From an uncultured Alphaproteobacteria bacterium (lineage in GTDB: Bacteria > Pseudomonadota > Alphaproteobacteria > HIMB59 > GCA-002718135): a DNA stretch of 64,000 nt. Under the pieces are notes generated by a model. It ran no database searches. It worked only from the letters and a program-made list of their open reading frames with translations, and had not been told where the DNA came from. A program made the translations under genes and the position numbers. Numbering within the stretch: position 1 is the first letter of the stretch; every line of letters starts with the position of its first letter. The DNA lies in NCBI GenBank assembly GCA_902525035.1, contig CABZFN010000006.1:6538-70537 (forward strand), written 5' to 3'. Positions 58,332-64,000 of this stretch are shown here, one piece after another.

Positions 58332-59309
58332 GTGAAAAATATTGCAATTATTGGAGCTGGGATGACTGGTTTATCTCTTGCTTATAATCTTCAAGAACAT
58401 AATATTACTATTTTTGATAAATCATGGAGACCAGGAGGAAGAGTCTCTACTAGAAAGCATGATAATTATCTTTTTGATCATGGTACACATTATCTATCGA
58501 CAAATCATTCTGTAAATCAATTAAATGAAGTAATAAGTAGATATAACTTGGGACAAGTAATAGAAATAGATTTTGCAACAGATTATTTAAAAAATCAAAA
58601 GACTAGAAAAAAAATTATTATTGGTCAAAATGGAATGAATTCTATTCCAAAGTCTATTTTTGACAATATTAAAGTAAAAAATTATTTAAATTCAAAAATA
58701 ATTAAAATTTCAAAAAATAGTAATGATTTCTTCTCAGTATTTTCTGAAAAGGAAGAATTTAAAGATTTTGATTATGTTTTAATTTGTATACCTTATTTAC
58801 AATCAAAAGAACTTTCAAAAGATCTGATTGATTTTAGTCAAATTATTAACGAGCCATCTTATGACTCCATACATACTGTAATGTTAAGCTATAAAGATAA
58901 TAATAACATTAATATTAAAGCTGGATTAAATCTTCATAAAGATATTAGTTTCTTTATGAATCAAAATATCAAATTTAATGAATTATCCCATGATTGTTGG
59001 GTATTAAATATGAGTTCTGAATATACAAATAATAATATTGATGTAGATAAGACTGAATTAGAAAAATATGCTCAATCAATATTTGAAAAAACATTTAATA
59101 TAAAAAATGAGATAAGTTTTATCAAATCACACAGGTGGTTATATGCGCAAACAAAGGTGAGTTATAATAGTATATCAAAAAAGAATTGGATTAATTCCAG
59201 GGATAATAAAATATTTTTAAGTGGAGACTGGGTTCTAGGAAAAAGTCTAAGCGATGCCTGGGATGCAGGTGAAAAATTATCACATTATATTAAGATTTTA
59301 TCAGTTTGA
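58332..59309 (+). CDS. Renalase-like FAD-dependent oxidoreductase
   Basis: IIGAGMTG, DKS.RPGGRVSTR, FDHG, HRWLYA, GDW. Confidence 0.88.
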   Translation: MKNIAIIGAGMTGLSLAYNLQEHNITIFDKSWRPGGRVSTRKHDNYLFDHGTHYLSTNHSVNQLNEVISRYNLGQVIEIDFATDYLKNQKTRKKIIIGQNGMNSIPKSIFDNIKVKNYLNSKIIKISKNSNDFFSVFSEKEEFKDFDYVLICIPYLQSKELSKDLIDFSQIINEPSYDSIHTVMLSYKDNNNINIKAGLNLHKDISFFMNQNIKFNELSHDCWVLNMSSEYTNNNIDVDKTELEKYAQSIFEKTFNIKNEISFIKSHRWLYAQTKVSYNSISKKNWINSRDNKIFLSGDWVLGKSLSDAWDAGEKLSHYIKILSV

Positions 59310-59311
59310 TA

Positions 59312-60502
59312 TTAATTATTAAAATATCTTTTAATATTTTTAGCTGCTTGTCTTATTCTTTGAGTATTTTCTACTAGACCAATACGAACAAAACCTTCTC
59401 CTCCTTTTCCAAAAGCCAAACCAGGAGCTACTGCAACGTCGGCATTTATCATTAAATTTTTGGCAAACTTCATAGAACCCATTTTTTTATATTTTTTCGG
59501 TAAAGGAGCCCATACAAACATTGATGCTTCAGGCTCTGGAATTTTATCCCAACCAGCCCTTTCAAAAGATTCTATTAAAACATCTCTTCTTTTTTTATAA
59601 GTCTCCCTTATTTCTTCTACACATTTTTGAGATCCATTTAGAGCAGCAGTGGCTGCTACTTGAACAGGTGTAAAAGCACCATAGTCTACATATGATTTAA
59701 TTTTTGTTAATGCTTCAATTAAAGTTTTGTTTCCAACTGCAAAACCTATTCTCCATCCAGCCATTGCATAAGTTTTGGATAAGGTTGTAAATTCAACAGC
59801 TATGCTCTTTGCACCATTAACTTCTAATATTGATGGAGGAGGATTATTACCAAAGTAAATTTCAGAATAAGCTAAATCGGATAGAATATAAACTTGATAT
59901 TTTTTTGCAATTTTTACTAATTCTTTATAAAAATCTAAATCAACTATCTGAGCTGTTGGATTTGAGGGAAAAGAAACGATAATTACTTTTATTGAAGAGT
60001 ATTTTTTTAAATTATTAACTATATTTAATAAAAAATTATTTTTATCGAACTGTCCATTAAAAAATGTGTGCAGAGGCGTTAGTTTAGCTCCGGCAATCAT
60101 AAAACCATATGGATGAACAGGATATGATGGATCAGGACATAATATTCTATCTCCTCTTGAAGTTATAGCTTGTGCTAAATTTGCTAAACCTTCCTTTGAA
60201 CCAATTGTTACTATGATTTCACTTGATGGATTTAAATCAACATTAAATCGTTTTTTATAATATTTAGCTTGAGCTTTTCTTAATCCATTAATGCCTTTAG
60301 AAACTGAATAACGTCCAACACCTGGCTTATCTATAACTTCTTTTAGTTTCTGTCTTATATGAAGGGGTGTTGGCATATCAGGATTACCCATACCAAAATC
60401 AATAATATCCCTACCCTCTGATCTCAGTTTCATTTTTAATGAATTTATCTCCCCAAAAATATATGGGGGAAGTCTGTTAATTCTTTCAAATTTAGATTTC
60501 AC
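59312..60502 (-). CDS. PLP-dependent class I/II aminotransferase (AlaC / LL-DAP aminotransferase-like)
   Basis: DFGMGNPD, GSKEG, FPSNPT, SDLAY, LSKTY.MAGWRIG. Confidence 0.92.
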   Translation of the reverse strand: MKSKFERINRLPPYIFGEINSLKMKLRSEGRDIIDFGMGNPDMPTPLHIRQKLKEVIDKPGVGRYSVSKGINGLRKAQAKYYKKRFNVDLNPSSEIIVTIGSKEGLANLAQAITSRGDRILCPDPSYPVHPYGFMIAGAKLTPLHTFFNGQFDKNNFLLNIVNNLKKYSSIKVIIVSFPSNPTAQIVDLDFYKELVKIAKKYQVYILSDLAYSEIYFGNNPPPSILEVNGAKSIAVEFTTLSKTYAMAGWRIGFAVGNKTLIEALTKIKSYVDYGAFTPVQVAATAALNGSQKCVEEIRETYKKRRDVLIESFERAGWDKIPEPEASMFVWAPLPKKYKKMGSMKFAKNLMINADVAVAPGLAFGKGGEGFVRIGLVENTQRIRQAAKNIKRYFNN

Positions 60503-60585
60503 TTTTTAAGCAATAATTAATTATTATTAATAATACTAGTTAAAATAAAATTGATTTTTAATAATATTATTCCTATTTTTATAAT

Positions 60586-61290
60586 GTGATTAAATTATTT
60601 TACTATTTTTTACCATTTATTGCCCTCTTTCTACCAAGTTTATGGGTAAATTATATTTTAAAAAAATATAACAAAATTTTAACTGATATGCCCTTTACAG
60701 GGAGAGAACTTGGAAAAAAAATACTTGAAGAAGAAAAAATCACTAATGTATCAATTAATCCTATTCAGCAATTAGATCATTACAATCCTAAAGAAAAAAA
60801 AATACATATCGCTAAAGATAAACTTGATAAAAAAAGTATAACAAGCATTGCCGTTGTTGCTCATGAAATTGGTCATGCAATTCAAGATAAAGAAAAATAT
60901 AAACCACTTATCCTTAGACAGTCTTTAATTGAAAAAACAATGATCTTTCAGAGAATTGGTTCATTTTTATTGATTATAGGACTACCATCAATATTTGCCT
61001 TCACTAAAAGTCCATTTATCACCCTTATTGCTGCAATAATAATAATGGGATGTTTATCTACAAATGTGTTAATCCATTTGATTACTCTTCCTGTAGAATT
61101 TGATGCAAGTTTTAAGAGAGCTTTACCAATACTCAAAAAATATGTTCCCAAAGAAAATATATACCAATGTAAATCAGTTTTAAGAGCTGCAGCATTGACA
61201 TATTTAGCTCAATCTATAGTGAGCATATTTAGATTAAAAATAATACTGTTGTCTTTTATTAATATTTTTAAATCTATTATAAGAAGATAA
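60586..61290 (+). CDS. Membrane zinc metallopeptidase (YugP-like)
   Basis: DHYNP, AHEIGHAIQ, TLPVEFDAS, AAALTY. Confidence 0.9.
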   Translation: MIKLFYYFLPFIALFLPSLWVNYILKKYNKILTDMPFTGRELGKKILEEEKITNVSINPIQQLDHYNPKEKKIHIAKDKLDKKSITSIAVVAHEIGHAIQDKEKYKPLILRQSLIEKTMIFQRIGSFLLIIGLPSIFAFTKSPFITLIAAIIIMGCLSTNVLIHLITLPVEFDASFKRALPILKKYVPKENIYQCKSVLRAAALTYLAQSIVSIFRLKIILLSFINIFKSIIRR

Positions 61291-61338
61291 GATTTTTCTC
61301 TTTATATAAAAAGGAAAATTTATTAAGTTAGATAATTA

Positions 61339-63951
61339 ATGAATTTAAGTGAAAAAATATCTTTAATACTAGTAGATAAAGGTTTTTCTTTATCTCCAAA
61401 AAAAAACACTGGAGACTTAATCAATTCAGGCTCAGAATTTCACAAAAGTACTGAAGACATCAAAATTGTAGAGCAGCATGGTATTGCAGATAAAATATTT
61501 ATTCTTTTAAAAGGTGAAGCGGAATACGTAAAATATCATAATAATGTTTTTTATAAGTTAGCAACATTGAAAAATGTTGGATCACCTCTTGGTATTTCAG
61601 GGTTAAATGCACCAGGTAGATATATGTCAGATATATTTATTAAAGGTAATTCAGAATATATTTCTATCGAAATAGAAAAATTAAAAGAGTTAGAAGAGAT
61701 AGACCCTGACTATGTTAGTTTTTTTTATTCCTTTTTATTATATGAATCAATTAACTTAATCTGGTCATCGCGTAATTTAGAAAAACCCATAAAGCAAAAA
61801 AATATTAATTTAGCGGATGGTGTTAAAACTGGTGGAGATATTGTAAACACTAAAAGAATTAAGAATTCAGCATTTTTAGCTTTTCTAGATGATAATGATT
61901 TAGATGAACTGATAAATTATGCAAATATTAGGTTATTTTCTGCCGGTGAATTCGTAACTCTAGAAGGTACAAAATCTGATGGAATAAATATTTTGTTAAA
62001 AGGGAAAGTTGAAGCTTCTTTTACAAATCTAAAAGATGAACAATTAGAAAATAATTCAAGATCAATAGCTAGAACAGGAGTAGCATTATCATTATCATCA
62101 GGATTGCATCATATAGAATCACCCTACTCTTTGAAATCGACGCGAGATACAACAATTTTAAAATTTTCAAACGAATTTATTGATAATCTAATTAAAACTA
62201 ATCCAAAATTAGCTATAAAATTTTTTAAAAGACAATTATGGCAATTAGGTCGTTATATTCAAAGCTCAACTGGTTTGACAACATATCCAGCTAAAAATGA
62301 AAAAGAGTTTTTTAAATATTTACTAGAAGATAATTCTTCAAAAATACCAAGTAATTCAAAACTTTATACAATTCCCCATTTGTTAGAAAATCATTTAACT
62401 CATTCTTTAGCATTTGATACAATTTATGATTTAATTGTTAAAGGTAATGATGATGAAAAATCTATAGCTAGTCTCATGATAGATGCATTGAGTGGATTAG
62501 AGAGAAAAAATAGATTTTTTAAACAACTAAATAAAATATACAACAGAGTAGCAACTTCATATGATTCAATAAATAAACAAGCATTACAAAAATTAACAAA
62601 TTCAGATTTTACAAAAGCTTTTGATCAAGTCCCTTATGTTATTAAAGGTATTGAGAATTTACCAGATGAACCTACAAACATATTTTTTTATAATCATTTA
62701 GCAAGCATTGAAGAAAATGGTTTAGCTAATGGACATCAATTTAGTATAGATAGTCATTTTATAAGTGCAAAAATTTTATTTCCAAAATACGGTGATGGTG
62801 GTCAAAGAATTGCTCGATATTCAAGAAATACAGAATTTTGGAGATATAATTATTACGAGAATTTAGATTATATTTTTGTTCATACACCTGAGTCAGACTA
62901 TTTAAATGAAACTCAAAACCAAAAAAAGAAAAGAAAAAGTAAATTATTTATCGAAACTCAAAATATTTTTGATCAAAACAGACCTTTAGTTATTGCACCA
63001 GAAGGCACATCTGAAACTGAAGATAATTTAACTCCAAATTCCCCTGGACCTTTTAAGCCAGGAGCTTTTTTATTAGCAGATCAATTAAAACCAGAACCTC
63101 TTCTTGTTCCAATTGCATTAGCCAATTTTGATTATTCAATTTCTGATACAATTTATTCTGCAGTTATTAAAGAACCAATTAAAATAAAAGATTATGTAAA
63201 TGATATGAAAAATAAAAAAGAGTTAGAGAATTTTTTATCTAAATATAGAAAAACTTTTAAAACTTATGTTGAGGAAGCCGTTGAATTAGCAAAATCTGCG
63301 TCAAAAAATAAAATTAATAATGAAGATGTAGAAAGTAATTTAAATTTAGTTAGCCCTATTGAAGAAGAATTTGAAGCAGATGTGAGAGAATTAGAAATTA
63401 AATTACATTCAGATCAATATAAAAATAACCAAATAGTCTTATTCGGAAGTTCAACATTTAGAGATTGGGAAAATGCAAAAACAGATTTGTCATTTGATAG
63501 TTTATTAAATTTTGGATTTGGTGGATCCACTTTAGTATCATGCCGCACCTATTTTAATAGAATAGTAGTTCCAAATAATCCTGATAAGATGATTTTTTAT
63601 GCCGGTGATAATGATATAGGCAGCGGAATGAGTGCTAAAGATTTAGAAAATGAATTTTTATTATTTGCTTCTGAAGTTAATGAAAAATTACCTCATACGT
63701 TATGTTTTTTTGTATCAATAAAACCAAGTATATTCAGAAATAATTTTTTAAATACAATTTTAGAAGCAAATGAAAGGATAAAAAACAAAATTGAGAATTT
63801 TAGTCAATGGCGCTATATTGATCTTTGCTCTCCTATGCTTGATGCTGGATTTGAAAAATTTTATTCAGAAGATCCATTACACATGAATGTACTTGGTTAC
63901 AGTCTCTTAAGTAAATTAATTAGAGATGAAATCTCGAAATTTACAATTTAA
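61339..63951 (+). CDS. Fusion of two cyclic-nucleotide-binding domains, a PlsC-like acyltransferase and an SGNH/GDSL hydrolase
   Basis: ILLKGEA and ILLKGKV cNMP domains; YNHLAS...DSH, APEGT, FKPGAF; FGSST, GFGGS, YAGDND, DPLH. Confidence 0.8.
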   Translation: MNLSEKISLILVDKGFSLSPKKNTGDLINSGSEFHKSTEDIKIVEQHGIADKIFILLKGEAEYVKYHNNVFYKLATLKNVGSPLGISGLNAPGRYMSDIFIKGNSEYISIEIEKLKELEEIDPDYVSFFYSFLLYESINLIWSSRNLEKPIKQKNINLADGVKTGGDIVNTKRIKNSAFLAFLDDNDLDELINYANIRLFSAGEFVTLEGTKSDGINILLKGKVEASFTNLKDEQLENNSRSIARTGVALSLSSGLHHIESPYSLKSTRDTTILKFSNEFIDNLIKTNPKLAIKFFKRQLWQLGRYIQSSTGLTTYPAKNEKEFFKYLLEDNSSKIPSNSKLYTIPHLLENHLTHSLAFDTIYDLIVKGNDDEKSIASLMIDALSGLERKNRFFKQLNKIYNRVATSYDSINKQALQKLTNSDFTKAFDQVPYVIKGIENLPDEPTNIFFYNHLASIEENGLANGHQFSIDSHFISAKILFPKYGDGGQRIARYSRNTEFWRYNYYENLDYIFVHTPESDYLNETQNQKKKRKSKLFIETQNIFDQNRPLVIAPEGTSETEDNLTPNSPGPFKPGAFLLADQLKPEPLLVPIALANFDYSISDTIYSAVIKEPIKIKDYVNDMKNKKELENFLSKYRKTFKTYVEEAVELAKSASKNKINNEDVESNLNLVSPIEEEFEADVRELEIKLHSDQYKNNQIVLFGSSTFRDWENAKTDLSFDSLLNFGFGGSTLVSCRTYFNRIVVPNNPDKMIFYAGDNDIGSGMSAKDLENEFLLFASEVNEKLPHTLCFFVSIKPSIFRNNFLNTILEANERIKNKIENFSQWRYIDLCSPMLDAGFEKFYSEDPLHMNVLGYSLLSKLIRDEISKFTI

Positions 63952-64000
63952 ACTTGAATAAAAAATTAAATTATAATTTCTTTTCTTATTTTATCAGATT

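Noticed and set aside
18090-61151. Other short overlapping ORFs in the track (18090, 31312, 31385, 31431, 37166, 38570, 38609, 39930, 40407, 42332, 43931, 45198, 50600, 51358, 54071, 56822, 60948)
   Set aside because: Alternative-frame or antisense shadows inside recognisable genes.

Overview
Very AT-rich, gene-dense bacterial DNA. The gene content suggests a streamlined marine alphaproteobacterium (SAR11/HIMB59-like); this is an inference. 1-9.5 kb: a DISARM-like defence operon (two DrmE-like/unknown genes, a NERD nuclease-SF1 helicase, drmA, and drmB running off the left edge). 9.5-17.1 kb: an ECF sigma/anti-sigma pair. Six copies of one promoter-like motif (TGAAATA-N15-CGTYT) surround it and outline a local regulon: small genes leading into the defence operon, a candidate hairpin sRNA and a phosphoesterase operon. 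The sigma carries an insertion resembling part of RNA polymerase beta-prime. Next come a marine sortase and its VIT/vWA target, a secreted protease / paralog array / Sel1-caspase island, alkB with a NaChBac-like channel, the urease cluster ureDABCEFG, tRNA-Arg(CCU) directly before a DDAH-like gene, sugar uptake and catabolism genes, an ATP-grasp/alpha-E/transglutaminase operon and housekeeping-type genes. Three riboswitch loci were read directly from the sequence: tandem preQ1-I-like aptamers before a bactofilin gene (an unexpected partner), SAM-II plus a terminator before a small unknown gene, and tandem glutamine (glnA-motif) aptamers before the ATP-grasp operon. All calls are by eye; no database searches were run.
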